From assembly GCF_009914755.1 (NCBI RefSeq), contig NC_060938.1: 64,000 bases of DNA. One strand, given 5' to 3'. The notes under the pieces are model-generated. The model worked only from the letters and a program-made list of their open reading frames with translations, did not search any database and had not been told where the DNA came from. The DNA is from the human T2T-CHM13v2.0 reference genome, Homo sapiens. Positions 13,357 to 27,801 of this stretch are shown here, in pieces (within the stretch, counting starts at the first letter, position 1; each line of letters begins with the position of its first letter). Made by a program: the position numbers and the translations under genes.

Positions 13357-14818
13357 AGGATCAAACTTTTTTGCTTTGTTGAGCACCTACTATGTGTGAG
13401 GCACGTCTCAACAGAACAATGTTTCTCTAAGTGTAGCCCGCTGATAGCTTTCAAGGGTGAGGTGAAAACCAGTTCAAAAGAACAAGTCTTTTCTTTGGAT
13501 CATATATGCAAATGATTGCATAATTTTACAGATTTTTGTTTTTACTTACAACTAATGTCTAGTAACTTACAAACTGAAGTATTAAAGCTTACTGAAATTT
13601 GATATTCATAAATTAACACATTAGGACAGCCAACTAAGGCATAATAGCTATGCTGTTAAAATGACTTACTTATTTGGAAAAGTTCCTATTGGGCATAGAA
13701 CCTTTTTATAGATTACTGGAATTCTTGAAACTTGTGAGAAAGAATGCATCCTTATCAGCACAGAATATGAGTTTTGCTTTGGATGATTGTGGCTTTTCAT
13801 TGCTGTTCTACCATTAATCAACTTCTATTTGTAGCTCTTACTTCTGTTCAAAGCTTGTTTTGTGTGTGTGCAATGCTGCACGGTAGTTTTTGGGTTTCTA
13901 TTTAGTTTCTCTTCAGTTCTTGTGATCATCGAGTTCCTTCTCCACTGAAAATTGGGAATAGGTGATGTTAGTGGCTCACACAGTCTTTTGCCTTGCTTAA
14001 GGGGGCCTCACTCAAGTTAGCATTCACTGGCACAGAGAGACTACAATATTATAGAATAATCAGAGGACAGACAGCGAGACACGTGGCACTGTCAGGGGGT
14101 CAGTTTATTTTTATGGTAATCATCTGTGTTGATGCTTTTCCATCTAGTAATTATTTTTAAGACCAATGTTGGTAGTAAATTAGTTTTCCCGATGAGGTAG
14201 ACTTCAGCATCTGCCCTCAAGCTCCAGGGGAGGCAGGCAACAGACTGGCCTTCAGCATCTTGTCTCACACCAGGAGTGAGAGCTGAATGACTGGCCCAGA
14301 GTAATAAATGCACTGTCACGCTTTGCCGCTTAAATATTCTATAACTTTTAAGCTCTATTAAAGGAAGTGATGTCAAGAGTATTTAGTGGAGATAGCTTCT
14401 AGCAATGGCTTTTTATTAAGAAAGATGACACCAATCATATAACTGATGATGGAGTGAAATAAGATATTACCTCGCTGAAGATGGGCTTATTATCTCAGCC
14501 CCTGGAATGGTTGGCTGTTGTTAGAAATGATTGGGCAAAAGAGGGCAGGAGAATTTACAGGCGTGACTCAACCAAAATGTTTGCATCTGGGTTTCCTTAG
14601 TGGGGAGACACTGATGGAGGAAATGATCTGTGACTAGCACAGTTTTTATTTTAGTAAATGCCAGTCTTTACCATTTCTGAAGGAAGCAGATCCACTACTC
14701 CTGAAAAAAAGTGCATCCTTTCTCTCCAGCTTTCTTATGTGCTGGCTGATGGGAAAGATCTTTACATTTCTCAGTCTCCTTTCCAGGAAGGGATTCTGTG
14801 ACTTGCATTTAGTGAGTG

Positions 14819-15093
14819 CAAGACTGACTTATCCATTAACGTAGGAGGCATACTGCCCAGGGCCCACAAGACTTTTAGGGGTCCACGAAGATGTTTTAAT
14901 TTCTTTTAAAATCAGAAGAAAAAAATTAACTTTTAGGTTAAAGAAAATGTTTTTATATATAATATGAGTATATCCAGCTTCATCCCAGCTCAGTTGTTAA
15001 ATTGAATTTTAAATTTTTTTTTTTTTTAATGGAGGAAGAGGCCCACAAAGACAGAAGTGCCTAGGGGCCCCACAAATAACACAATGCAGACCT
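14819..15093 (+). mobile_element. ORSL-like non-autonomous hAT DNA transposon
   Basis: 'gacttatccatta...tgcccagggcccacaagacttttaggggtccacgaagatgttttaatttcttttaaaatcagaagaa' follows the recalled ORSL consensus; repeated GGCCC(C)AC subterminal motifs. Confidence 0.6.
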
Positions 15094-17659
15094 AAAGGCT
15101 TATGGATTGCTGGGAAAATAATGTTTGGGTGCTTCAGTGTATTTCTGTGGGGACTCGGTGAAGCTCATGCCAGGGTACACTGCAAGAAATGTCAAGCAGC
15201 AGGCAAATGACACTGCACAGCGAGCTAGGAAGCCTGCGCTCACATCTTACCTCTGTCATATCTGCTTTCGGAACACTGAAAAATTCACCTGGCCTCCTGG
15301 GCTTTATTTCCTCACCCCTAAAAAGAAGGGTTTGAATTCAATTTCCAGGATATTTCTAGTTCAGAAATTCTTGTATTCTAATCCAGAACAGGGAGCAAGG
15401 GGCTGAAGTGTCTTGTAAAAAATTTTAGCCAGATGGTAAAAGTAACATTTATTTGTTACTTCCTGAGCTCATAGTAGGTGCTCAATAAACCATTCTTGAA
15501 TAAAGAACTTGGATGGTGCTGGGTGCCTGCAAAATATTCTGCTCTCTGAATCTCTAAACACAGGGTAGAAGTGTAACTCTCTAGGAGATGCAGAAGGCAG
15601 ACAACTGGCTGTGTATTCCCATGGCCCTTTCTAAACCCATGATTCCTTCTTGTTGAGAAAACTTGAGCTCTTATTTCCCAGCCAGGTTTAAAGACATTTG
15701 TAAGCTGACAGTCTGTTGTTGGATTTTAAACTAAGTTGGCAATAGGATTGGCTGTCCCCAAGCTATGAGTCCAGCTTGCCCTCCCCAAATGACAATATCC
15801 GTGGTGGGGTTGCCCCACTACTCAGCTCAGGCATCTTCTGTCCACCGAGTGCTTGTATGTCTGAGCTCTGGCAGTCTTCTGCTACTGGGAGTTGTGGCCT
15901 GGGTAGGGCTGAAGGTTAGCTGATCCCTGGCTTTTTTTTTCCCCAGAACCCTAAAAGAAAGACAGATATAGTGACAAGAAGGGTTGTCTCTGACCGCAAC
16001 AGCCCCCTACACCCCCTTTGCCACCCACCGAGGTCATAAAAGTTGAGTGGTTGCCAGTGGAAGCTCAGAAGCCCTCCCTTCCAGATTCCTGAAAACTAAT
16101 CTCCAAGAACTCTAGAAGCAGATGTGAGATTTTAAATTATCTTTATTAAAATGCCATTGATAATTGCACAGTAGGTAAAATGGACATAGGTCTTATTCTC
16201 TAAGACCATACAGATCCCAAAGGAAAACATCAACTAAGACAGAAAGCTGATGAGAATGAGTTCATTAAAATATGATTGTAATGTTGCCTTAGAAGAAAGT
16301 AACAGCATTGAAATTCTGGACCTTCTTCAGGAAAAATGCTGCAAAAAGACATGACCCATATGGCCTCAACTGTAAGGCATGTTGGGATCTCAAAGGGGAG
16401 CTGATAGGGCAAGGAGAGAGCCCAAAATTGGTGTGACCTTGGGCTAAGGACAGATTTTAGGGCTTTTCTTCTCAGACAGGATTGTCTGGTTGTTTCAGCA
16501 GAATTAGAATTATACTCTCTCCATCTCTGAAAGCTATTATTAGTGTGAGAGAAACTCTGAGCCATGCCTTCACTTGGTTAACATGCACACATAGACAAGA
16601 GACTATATTATCTCCGTTTTACACATGAGGGTGAAGCTGAGGGTCAAAACTCAGTGCATAGAATTCCACTCCACTCACCTGGAATGGTGCCCAGGATCTT
16701 GCCTTCCGGTTTGGTATTGCATCTGTTTTGACAAGGGCAGATACAGATGAAGGTTGGTCCACTGGGGAGGGAGCCGCCTGGTTCTAAATTCTATACCTTG
16801 ATTGATTACCCAGAGAAGATTCAGAAATTGCTGGCAGTAACTTTCTTCTCAATCTCAAGCATGTTTTGCATGGAAAATGAATCATCTTGCCTTTTTAGTG
16901 CAAACACAGGGAAAACTCATAAATGATGTGTCTGCTCTTCTTTCATGGCCATAATTCCTGTTTTTATTTTGAACTTTTAAAAAACACTTCTTAATATGGT
17001 GTACTATAAACAAATGATTTTATGCTATCATTTGCCAGATATATATTTAATTATGTGATTGATCCTGAAAAATATAAAGCCAATTTGGATATTAATGAGA
17101 AGACACTGGTCCCTTTTATCCCTCAATGCACACATTTTCAAATTACTCCTCATCTCTGAGCCTTTGCATCTCTCAAGTTCAATTTTACCCATTTTGCTGT
17201 TTCTTTTAAGTCCTGATTAGATAGGGTGGCATTCTGACTTCTGTGGCTGCCTTCGGTCAATATTTGGTTCTGTTTTCTACTTCGTCGTCTCCCATCCTCG
17301 GAAGATTCTTTAAACAATAGGCAGGCCGGCTTTCTATCAGTGATTTCTGTTAGACTCTGATCAAAGCAATGACCCTTGTTTATCATTTCTGAATATTATA
17401 CAAATTTGCAGAAATGACAAAGTAAGAGGAAGCAAGGCATATAACATAATGGGAAATGAAAACAGACCATGGAATGAAGTATTGCGGCGTTAATAACAGC
17501 AGCAGACATACCGGAAATTTGTACTATAAGTGAGCATACTAAATAAATATATCTGAAGACATTTGAAATATATAAATATTGTCTTCTTATTGCCAGTGTT
17601 TGGTTCACCATTCCTTCTTGATCTTCAGTGAATGCTAACAGTGGGAGTGTGAAGAAGCC

Positions 17660-17890
17660 AGAATTTAGTGTCGAAGGGCCAGATACTGTCCTGGACACTT
17701 TACTTACTGTAGTTCATCTATTTCCATGGTTACCTCCAGAGTCAGGTAATTCTATTACCATTTTCCAGATAAAGAAATTGAGGGTCAGAGATATTAGGTT
17801 AACTTATTTGAAGTCACACTATTAGGAAATGAAAGAACTATTTACTGAAGTCAGTTTTATTCAGAAACCGACGCTCTTTTCCCCACCACT
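17660..17890 (-). mobile_element. MIR
   Basis: 'ccattttccagataaagaaattgagggtcagag...ttgaagtcacac' antisense MIR core. Confidence 0.7.
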
Positions 17891-18469
17891 CTTTACTACT
17901 TTCAGGAGAAAAATGGTCTGGCAAAATATACAGATTCATTCAGTAATAACTGTATTGGCTCCCTGAATTATTACACTAATATGATTATATTTTATTATAA
18001 TATACTATACATTGTAAATGGTATATTGCAATATATATTATTACATACATAACAATTCTTTTATTATTATATAAATATTATTGTTTATTACCAAATGCCA
18101 TTGTGAGGGTCAGAGGTCAATCAGGCATGGGTTCTATCATTAATGAAATGTCCATAGCTATAGGAGCAACATGACAGAGCTACAAATAACTACAATGCAA
18201 GGTCAAGCATATGCTCTGGGAGGTCAGAGTATGGAAAGCTTCTGACTAGGAAGGTTGGGGAAGTGCTAGAAGGTGATTTTTGAGATGGGCTCTGCAATAT
18301 GGGTTATATTCACACTTATGGAAATGAGAAAGAGGGCATTCCAGGCAAGGGAAATGGTTTGAGAAACAGAAAAGAAAACTACACTTTGGTGGATATCCAC
18401 CGGGTGCCAGAATTTTGCATATGTTATGTCACTTAATTCTTATAAGAGCCCCATGGAGTGGTATTGTTG

Positions 18470-19040
18470 TTTGTCCCATAACCACCTTGAACTCAAAATG
18501 TCCAAGCTGAACTCATCACTTCTTTCTGCCTCCTCTGGCTCCAGCTCCCTTGTGTCCTGTGTGTCTGTCTCAGTTAATAGCATCACTGTCCATTCTGTTG
18601 CCCAAACTTGAGTCCTGCTCATGATTCTTGCCTCTCCCCACTCCGCCCATCAGCATCATCCAGCCCTGTTGATCCCAACCTCTAAACATCCCTGGAGTCC
18701 ACCCACTTTCCTGGTGCCTGGCTGCCTTGTCCCTGGTCCAGGCCACATGATCTTTCATGCACTATTGCAACCACCTTCTGCTAGCTGGCATTGCTGCTCC
18801 TGGTCTTACCCTCCCACCCATTCTCATCCAATCCATTCCCCACACAGCAGCCAGAGAGATCCTTGTAGGATGCAAACTGGGTCACATTCTTCTGATTAAG
18901 ACCCTGTGATTGCTCTTCATTTCCCTTCAAATAAAGTCCAAATTCTTGAACAAAGCTTAAAAAGCCTTCATAATCCAACCTCTGCTTCCTTCTCCAGCCT
19001 CATTTGGGACCATTCTCCATTGCACCTCCAGCCTCCAGTT
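18470..19040 (+). mobile_element. L2 fragment
   Basis: 'caccttgaactcaaaatgtccaagctgaactcatc', 'cacacagcagccagagagatcctt', 'aaagtccaaattctt' are L2 3'-region motifs. Confidence 0.75.
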
Positions 19041-20519
19041 ACTCAAAGTCTTTCAGTTCTCTCCTCTGTACCTCCCTCTGACTGCCCACCACTCACTGGA
19101 CCAGCACCCAGATTGAGCAACTCCCCTATCCCTCCACTCCAACCCAGAGGGTGAGCTGCAGAGCTACAAGAACTAAGTCTCTTTGTTCACCAATAAGTAT
19201 TTTTTAAATGAATGCATTGATTTTAAAAACTGGGGCTCAGAGGGCTTTAGTTACTTTTCTGAGGTAAAACAGTTAGTTAAGGGCAGAGTTGGGGATCTGA
19301 ACAAATCTGTCTGTATCCAAATCTAATGCTTTTCTCATAGCATCATGGTGTCTGTCATACATGGGTAAGTGGGAGGCACTCAGGAATTCACTTTGCCTAG
19401 ATCACAGCATGCATATAAGAGAGGACTAGGAAACAAAATGGGAAATCATATTGCAGGCCTAATCATATTGTATATGGCCTTGTGCCCTAGGGTAAGGAAT
19501 TAGGACTTTATTCCACAGACTCTGGGGAATCATGGATGATTTGGGGCAAGAAGTGACAAGAGCAGAGTAATTAGGTTTCCTTATGCCTTCCAAAAGTGAA
19601 AGAGAGGGCAGAGGAACAGAAGAAGAATTTGGGGCTTTTTGCCATGACCTTCACTTATAAAATAACACCACTTACCTTGTATGACTTTTGTGAAAATGAA
19701 AATAAATATGCAGGTAAAAATGCTGTGTAGCCATCTTCCTCTTAATACATGTCACTGTGGTTTTCTTTCTCTTAATGTTTGTTAAAGGGGACGCAGACAT
19801 TTGTAGCTGCTTCTAGAAGACACTGAGTGGACCCTTTGGGAAGTCACTCTCTGGAGGTGGTGCTGAGAATGTAAATGAAGCTTTCCGGCTCCTGGGAAGT
19901 TATAGACTTGTTCTTGGAGGCAAGAGAAGCCACAGACTGGAGCAGCTGAAAATTTCCCAAGTGATAGACTGGGGCAAGGGACAGGCAAGGTGGAAGGTAC
20001 AGCTGTAATGAGAGATGCCCCAGGAGGAACAGTTGCCAGAAGACACTGCTGGCAGCCCCTGTGAAGGGGAGCAGCTGGAAACCAGCATTGGGAGCAGCAT
20101 GGAACAGCATGAAGAGGGGGCTCTGGCTTGGGCTGGCCCCAGCCTGATTTTCCCTGGGGGGAGGGGAGGGCTGTGCTAATTATCTGCTCAATATCAAGAG
20201 GGCACCTGGAAATAAATATTTTGTTGTAAATAATAATGATAACTATTTTCATTATTATTCCATTGACTGAAGAGAGGAAAAGACAAATCCAAAGCCCACC
20301 AAGTCTGTCTGTGAAATTGCACCTGAAAAAGGTGGTAGATATAATTCCCATCCAGTTAAGGCACAAATTAGCCTGTAAGAACAGCTCCCTCAGCCCAGAG
20401 AGTTTTGCAGGTGGTCATGAAAGTGAACTTGGGACTTAGGTTATCCAAGGAAGGCCTGCTGAAAGGATGATTTTTATGTACTTTTCTTTGGAATCACTGT
20501 TTGGAAAAGGGCGTAGTGG

Positions 20520-20979
20520 TGTAGCAGGACAAGCTGCAGACAAAACCCCTCAGACACTGAGTTGAAGGAAGGGCTTTATTCAGCCGGGAGCTTCGGCAAG
20601 ACTCACGTCTCCAACAACCGAGCTCCCCGAGTGAGCAATTCCTGTCCCTCTTAAGGGCTTACAACTCTAAGGGGGTCCGCGTGAGAGGGTTGTGATCGAT
20701 TGAGCAAGCAGCGGGTATGTGACTGGGGGCTGCATGCACCGGTAATCAGAACGGAACAGAACAGGACAGGGATTTTCACAGTGCTTTTCCATGCAATGTC
20801 TGTAATCTATAGATAACATAACCGATTAGGTCAGGGGTCGATCTTTAACTACCAGGCCCAGGGTGCGGTGCCGGGCTGTCTGCCTGTGGATTTCATTTCT
20901 GCCTTTTAGATTTTACTTCTTCTTTCTTTGGAGGCAGAAATTGGGCATAAGACAATAGGAGGGGTGGTCTCCTCCCTTA
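20520..20979 (-). mobile_element. LTR2 (HERV-E/Harlequin family) solo LTR
   Basis: Minus strand reads TAAGGGAGGAGACCACCCC...CCTGCTACA, 460 bp, with AATAAA; exact 4-bp TSD gtgg at 20516-20519 and 20980-20983. Confidence 0.92.
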
Positions 20980-22939
20980 GTGGAATGTGCAAGATAGGAG
21001 TTATTGTAGAAGCCCCAGTGGCCTGGGTCAAGGCCTGGACTTGAGAGGAATGCTTGCAGGTTTTCTGCCACCTTTAACAGGTTACATTTCCAATTGGCAT
21101 TAAGAACTGCATACAAACTTAGAGAAACCAACTTTCAGGAACAGGAGATTAATTTTCTCTTCTTGCCTTCCCTAGCACAATAATGCATTCTGCAAATACC
21201 TGGTGGGTTAATTGACTGGAACCCTCTAAACTGCATTTCCTATGGCTCAGCTCTGGGCTACAGGTCTTCCTGGGAAATTATTAAGCAGGTGAGGTAGAAA
21301 TGTACGGAAGTAGAGGTCAAACGTTCTGAGTTCTTTTCTCAGCTCTTCTAAGAATAAACTGATATAAATGATGTCTACAACTGACCAGTTTTCCCTATGG
21401 CACTCAACGGTTTTTTTTTTCTCACATCTTGGCAATGAATATGACTCATCCAGTGTAACAGGTCCTCATAAGTAAAAGCTGAACATATAATTTTGACCAA
21501 AACTCGTGTAATTTTTCAAAGAATTAAGTTTAATTCATTAGCAGGGAGAAAATGTTGTATGTGGGTGCCACAGGCTAGATTTTCTTAAGTTACCTATGAA
21601 AAGATGATATAAATGGAGCTGATTTAAAATTACCTATATCTGAGAACATCCCAAACAAACGTTGGTTTAAAATGATTCTTTCAGTTGAATTGGACTCTTT
21701 TGCAAGTACAACTGAGAGAACTGCCCTTTAATTTGGATCTAGTTTAAATTATTTAATGAATCCCCTTTCTCACTTAATTGGACATTAGGTTTAAGAATGA
21801 ATGAAAGTGCTTCATGTGCCACATAATAGCTAAACACTGTCTGGCAAGCAGCAAAACCAGCTGACATTCTTGAAGAGATGGATCAGTGGTCTGGTCTCAA
21901 CCTCAGGCCTGGGAAAGCCATTAACCAAACAACTTAAGTTTCATTTTTAATTTAATGCACTGTGTTTAATGCAAAATGTATGGGCATCTTGCGAGGCAGT
22001 GTGCTCAATTGTGGGGAATGGCTGTCATCCCAGTGGGTTTATCTTGCAGGCTTGTGGGGCTGCTGTTATTTCCTGGTGGGTGTCTAAGGGAGGAGGCAGG
22101 AGAATGCAGAGAATGTGGGGAAATGAAGACTTATGAAGCAGTCCTTTGATTAGATTCGAACAGGCTTCTTTATCCTGTGTGTGTTAGGCTCTGGTGTGCC
22201 CTGAAGGAGACTGTGAGTGAGGCTGTGGGTGAAATGCCACACTGGTCCTTGCTGGCTTTGAGACTGCTGGGTCATTGCAGGAATCCAGGAAACAGAATTC
22301 AACAGACTGCTGTGAGACACTGATAAAGTTATAGAAATGCCACCCTGAGAAAGGGAGAAAACAGGAGTTCAGAAGGAAATCCACTCTGGATGCTCACCAG
22401 GACCACTTTCCAGAGTCTCTGCCCTCACCCAGCACATATTTCCTGGGTGCCTACTATGTGCCAAGCACCAGGCTAAGGTCCTTGGCCTGCAAAATCTTAG
22501 TTTTGGTAGATATAATTCCTATCCAGTTAATTAAGGCCACGTTAAAATTTGTAAGTCTTAAGATACACAGAACATTCAGTGGAGACATGAGGAACAGTGT
22601 GACTAAATATTGGGGACATCAACTTAACTCATTGCAGCAAACATATGTCACATACCTGTAACATGTTAAGCTCTGTGCAAGGTGCCAATGACAGGCAAAG
22701 CAAGAGCAGACCTTACCTGCATGGGCCAGAAAGGGCTTGGAGGAAGTTTACATGTTTAGATTAGAGACATAACTTGAGTCCCATTATGGAGGAAGACCCA
22801 GAGACTTGGGAAAATGTAGAATGCTGAGATAATCACAGGAAATTCTGAGAGAGAGAGGGAGAAAGAGATAAGTAGAGAGAGATTAGGTAGACAGATGGCA
22901 GTAAGGAAGTTTCAGGCAACAATGCAGGAATAGAAGGAT

Positions 22940-23300
22940 GTTTGAGGCCATCTTTGTAGCTTTCTTTGTAGTGCTATGCCACTGAGTTTTGGTTTTTATC
23001 TTGTAGGAGCTGGAAGCCAATGTAAGGTTCAAACAGGGGGATAACTTGAGCACATCCACATTCTAAAACAATTACTCTGGCACTCAAAAAGGAGAAAGAG
23101 TGTATCACAAGTTACTGGAGCCGGTGGAGGGGAGCGTTCAGAAAGGCAGCAGTTAACCATTGGAATTGTCCCAGAAAGGTCAAGAAGGGCAATGACTGAA
23201 AATAGGCCACTGGATTTGGCAAAGAGGTCAATGGGGCCTTGTCCAGAATGGTGCTCTGGTGGCAACTGGATGACCCTGGCTTAAAGAGTCATTTTCAGGG
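22940..23300 (-). mobile_element. L2 fragment
   Basis: 'aaggtcaagaagggcaatgactgaaaataggccactggatttggcaaagaggtca' is an antisense L2 signature. Confidence 0.55.
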
Positions 23301-23715
23301 AAGCAAAGCAGAGGCCCTAATTGTTCAGAATATAGTAGCTTTCTTGTGGTTGTTCTCCAGTCCAGTGAATGTGGTTTGCTTTGTAAGGAAGAAAACCCAA
23401 GGAGTGCAGGAGTCCTGGTGGCTCACTCATACCATCAGTTAATATAATGGCCCATGACAGCTGGACTGTGATGTGGGTTGTGTTGCCGCATGGTTTGTCC
23501 TTTAACCATGAGGACACAAGCGGCCTCTGGGGCAGCCTTTATTTAGCTCAGGGTCTTTTTCTCCAACTTGGGCTGCCAGCTTTCCTGAGTTTGTTGAGAT
23601 TATCCTGATTTTTGAGTTTTCAGGATGCAATTTAAAAATAGGAAGCGTTATCGTCATTCCTATGTCCCCAGTTACATTTGTCATCTTCTGAAGATGAGCC
23701 TGGGAACACCCTGAG

Positions 23716-24027
<312 letters not shown>

Positions 24028-27000
24028 TCCTCCTTGAGTTTGGATGGGGCAGGGAGGAGCTCTGAGCGCTGTGACAAATCGCTGATAACCCATTGGAAAG
24101 TCTATAAAGGTGGAGTCACACCCCAGGGACCCTATCCAGTGGTTGCCAGTTCTGTTTCTCCACCCAGTGATAGAGCCAGACTGTTTTTATGACACTGCAA
24201 TCCAGCCAACTCTTTGCTATAATCAATGTTTCCATTCTTTTCCAAAATAAACATGTGGACGGTCATTTGCAAACAGGGAAATGAAAGTTTTCCATCCCTA
24301 GGTGCAGTGCATATATTTTCGCAAACAAAGAATTTAGAAAAGGAATGTAATCTAATCTCTGGTGACTTTGAAATATGTCTGGGGCATTATATCTTGGAAG
24401 GTAATTTGTTTCTTTCATTTAGATTCAGGTAAATTCCCCCACCCCACCCCACCCCAACCCCCAACCTCCTTTCTGGCTTTGTACAGAATTGTCAAGCAGA
24501 ATGGCTTAAAGACAATAGGACCTTATTGTATCACGTTTCAGGAATGAGCAATGAGGAAACAGGAGCCAAGCCTGGAAATGAACATGTCCTTGTAAATGAC
24601 CAAGAGAAGATAGGAGTTAAAATATGCAACTGTTATGGTGCCAGAAAATTGCCTGCCCTCTTTGAACGGACCGGTGAGTGCTATTTTGCATTTATATCAG
24701 GTTTTAAAAATAATAAATGCAATTCTTCCTGCTAAAATGACATGTAATTTCATAACTACTTTGAAGACAGCCCTACCTTTTTGTATTCAAAGAAATGAAC
24801 AGCTTAATGCCCTAAAAATCCCAGATATCAAACCTGTTTAATGTAAACAGATTTTGTTTAGTCTGAGTGATTGTTGATTTTATTTCAGAAAGAAATGACT
24901 GATTAAGAGTTGTGCAGGTGTCATGATCATAGCTTACTTCTTGTTCACTGGGGATGTCAGAGGCAGCCATGCTGTTTATGTATCCACTGAGCTAAATTAG
25001 TACCGTTATCACTTCAGTAAAGCTCAGATATTACTGTGTTCTCTGCTAAAGAAACCAATTACAGTATCTGCTGGATGGTATATTAAATGACACCATTTAA
25101 TTAAAGCCTAATCTCTCTCCGAATGAACAATATTTAAAATTATTGTACGTTATTTCATTCAATTACTGCAAACCTCTGTCCATTTTTAAGCACAGAAAAA
25201 ACTCATTTGGCACCCTGACAGCCAAGAAGAAGAATTGCTGTTTTGTGTTGTGTTTGGTGCTGAGAGCCCAGTAACAGTCAATCCAGGACACGCATCAGTT
25301 CATGAGCTCTTTTAGTTTTAAAATATTTCAGATTTGTTTCTCAGGCCTCTTGGCAGCCAAAGGCCCTATTCTACAATTGCCAGGTCTCCCTCCAAGGACT
25401 GGGGTATAATGGAGATCTCTAAAAAGAATATGTTTAGATGAATAAAGCCATTAAAGAAATACAATTCCCATGCCAGGAGCCAAGCTATGTAACTGACAGG
25501 ATAGCAATTCATTTAGAATGAATATCTCATAAGGGAATGCAAGAATTAAAATGGACATAACAGTGAACTCAAGAGATTACCTGCAATAGAAAGGAAAATT
25601 CACTTGTTTGAGGGAGAAATGAGTTAAAAAGATGTAACTACTAAGAAAAAGAGATGGGGGGAGCCAAACGTGAATGGACTCTCATTCCCACTAGTCATTT
25701 AATTTAGCCATGGAGAAATGTTGGCGCACATTTAGGTGGCAGAGCACAGCAGCCTCTAGCCAAGTAACAGTATGTTGCTTCTTTAGCTTTATCATATCAA
25801 AGAATATGGTGCATGGATTGAGTGTGTTTATCAGTCTATTGGCTCATTAATAAGATCCCAAGAAAGATAAATATTAATAGCAATGATGCATCCCACATAG
25901 TGGAAATGGACTCCAGAACCCAGACTGTGGGTGAGAAGGTTGGAACTCAACCCTAGGCTCTAGCACCATGACTTGCTCACAGGAAGTCCTCTGCCAATGT
26001 CTTCCGGTTCCCTGAAGACATAATCTTGATGTGTGAATTTAATGGCCCAAGGCGAAACCGATCTATTTCTTTTGGCCAGTCCTTGATAGGTGCGGCCTGT
26101 TGGAGTCCACGTTCAGACCTAGGGAACGGTGGTGGTCAGTGATGGCTATAAAGATGACCAGTGTATAGGGTAGGGAACCTCCACTCATAGGTCCCCTTAC
26201 TTGTGCAGCTTCCTGGATTTTTTTCCCTTAGTGTTACATTTTGAAGACAACTGTTAATTTTATGTAATTTTAATCACCTACAGTTAGGGAACATATGCAA
26301 TGTCCAAGGCTTATTATCATGGCTATAAATTAGTCCTGTATAACATAGAGATTAAAAATATAGGTTTTAGAGTCCCTTACTCATTCACTCATTTAGCAAA
26401 TGTTTACAGATTCCTAAAGAGACCCTACCCAGAAAAAAAACTCAAATTCCAATTCCCAGCCCACCCTTGCTAACAAAATAGTGTTGAACATATTATTTAA
26501 CTTTCCTCATCTGTAGTGTGAGGTTAATAATACATATTTCCTGGGCTTACTGTGAAAATTAAGAGAGCCATTTCAGTGTCTCCCATGTAACAAATACTCA
26601 GCAAATAGTAAATACACTATGATTATTGCTTTACATAAGTAGATGCCAATTATCTTCCAAAGATTTATAGTTTGGCTGAGAGGCTGTACACAGAAAGTAA
26701 TAATGATTTATTAAAAGCAATAGGTAAAGAACCAGCAAAAGTGACTGCCAGCTTGTGTGGGACTGTACCTCTTAACATCTATATATATGCATATACATAC
26801 ACAGAGAGTTTTTAAAATGAAATTATGCTTGCTGTCAAGAATTCTTCACACTGGAAATGGTGGTAGGATTGCTCTCTGTACTGGCAGAGTCCCCAGGATC
26901 GGGCCTGAAATTATTAGAAGTAATCATCAGGTTGAGTTACTTATACAAAGCCAGTTATTCGCCATCTGCCATTTGGAGATGTGCCCTTGGGCCCTGCTTG

Positions 27001-27801
27001 GATACCAGCCCATTGCTATGCAGCAGGGGGAAATGTTTCTGTCCAAATAACTTATCTCTCAGTTTTGAATTCTAATGACAGAAAGGACTGCAAATAGATG
27101 CTCTGTCTTAATGATAAAGTGAACAATGGGCATTCATTGTGCTGCTCATGGGCAGAAACAATGGATAGGACATGCATTTGGAGGATTCTGAGATAGAACT
27201 GAAGAATAAAATATCTAGAGAACTCAAACTTGGTTCAAAAGATAAATTCTGTAGAAATTTGGCTAGGTAGGAGGAGAAAGTCCCATGTGTCTAACCTGAG
27301 GCAGGGGTTAAGGCAATGCGGAATATGTGAGGGTTAAAAATTATAAAGCAATGTTAAGATGATGTGTGAAGCACGTTAGGCACAAGTCATATTTACTGTG
27401 GTCTGGCTGAAATAAAAATAGGCATCAGTAGGAGAGGCTTGGCCCTACCCTATGGAGAGTCTGAGAAACATGTGGGGCCAGGTAGTTAATGACACAAAAT
27501 CGTTTCCAAGTAGTGATGGAACCCAGATGATTGATGAGAGAACTGAATCTTGTTATTGGATGTGTAAGAGAGCCCACTGTGCAAACTCTATACTTACAAT
27601 CAATGTGGCTTTTATGGTTTTTAATGCCAAAAAAGCAATGAGGAGACAAAGCTTACTAAACTGACCTCCACCTTCTCTTCTTTCCCTGTCATGACTCACC
27701 CATATATATTGCTGAATAATTCTTCCTAAAGTACTGCTTTGACCATATCACTTCCCTGGTTAAAAGCCTTCAATGGCTCCTCAGTGCACTGAACCAAAGT
27801 A

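Noticed and set aside
17150-17400. 78-aa minus-strand ORF, or + strand acceptor at 17210, as a coding exon
   Set aside because: No recognisable protein family. The + strand has stops in all three frames just after the acceptor, and the minus strand has no convincing donor.
24986-25030. ctgagct...agctcag hairpin as a miRNA
   Set aside because: The stem is only 7 bp and matches no mature miRNA I recognise.
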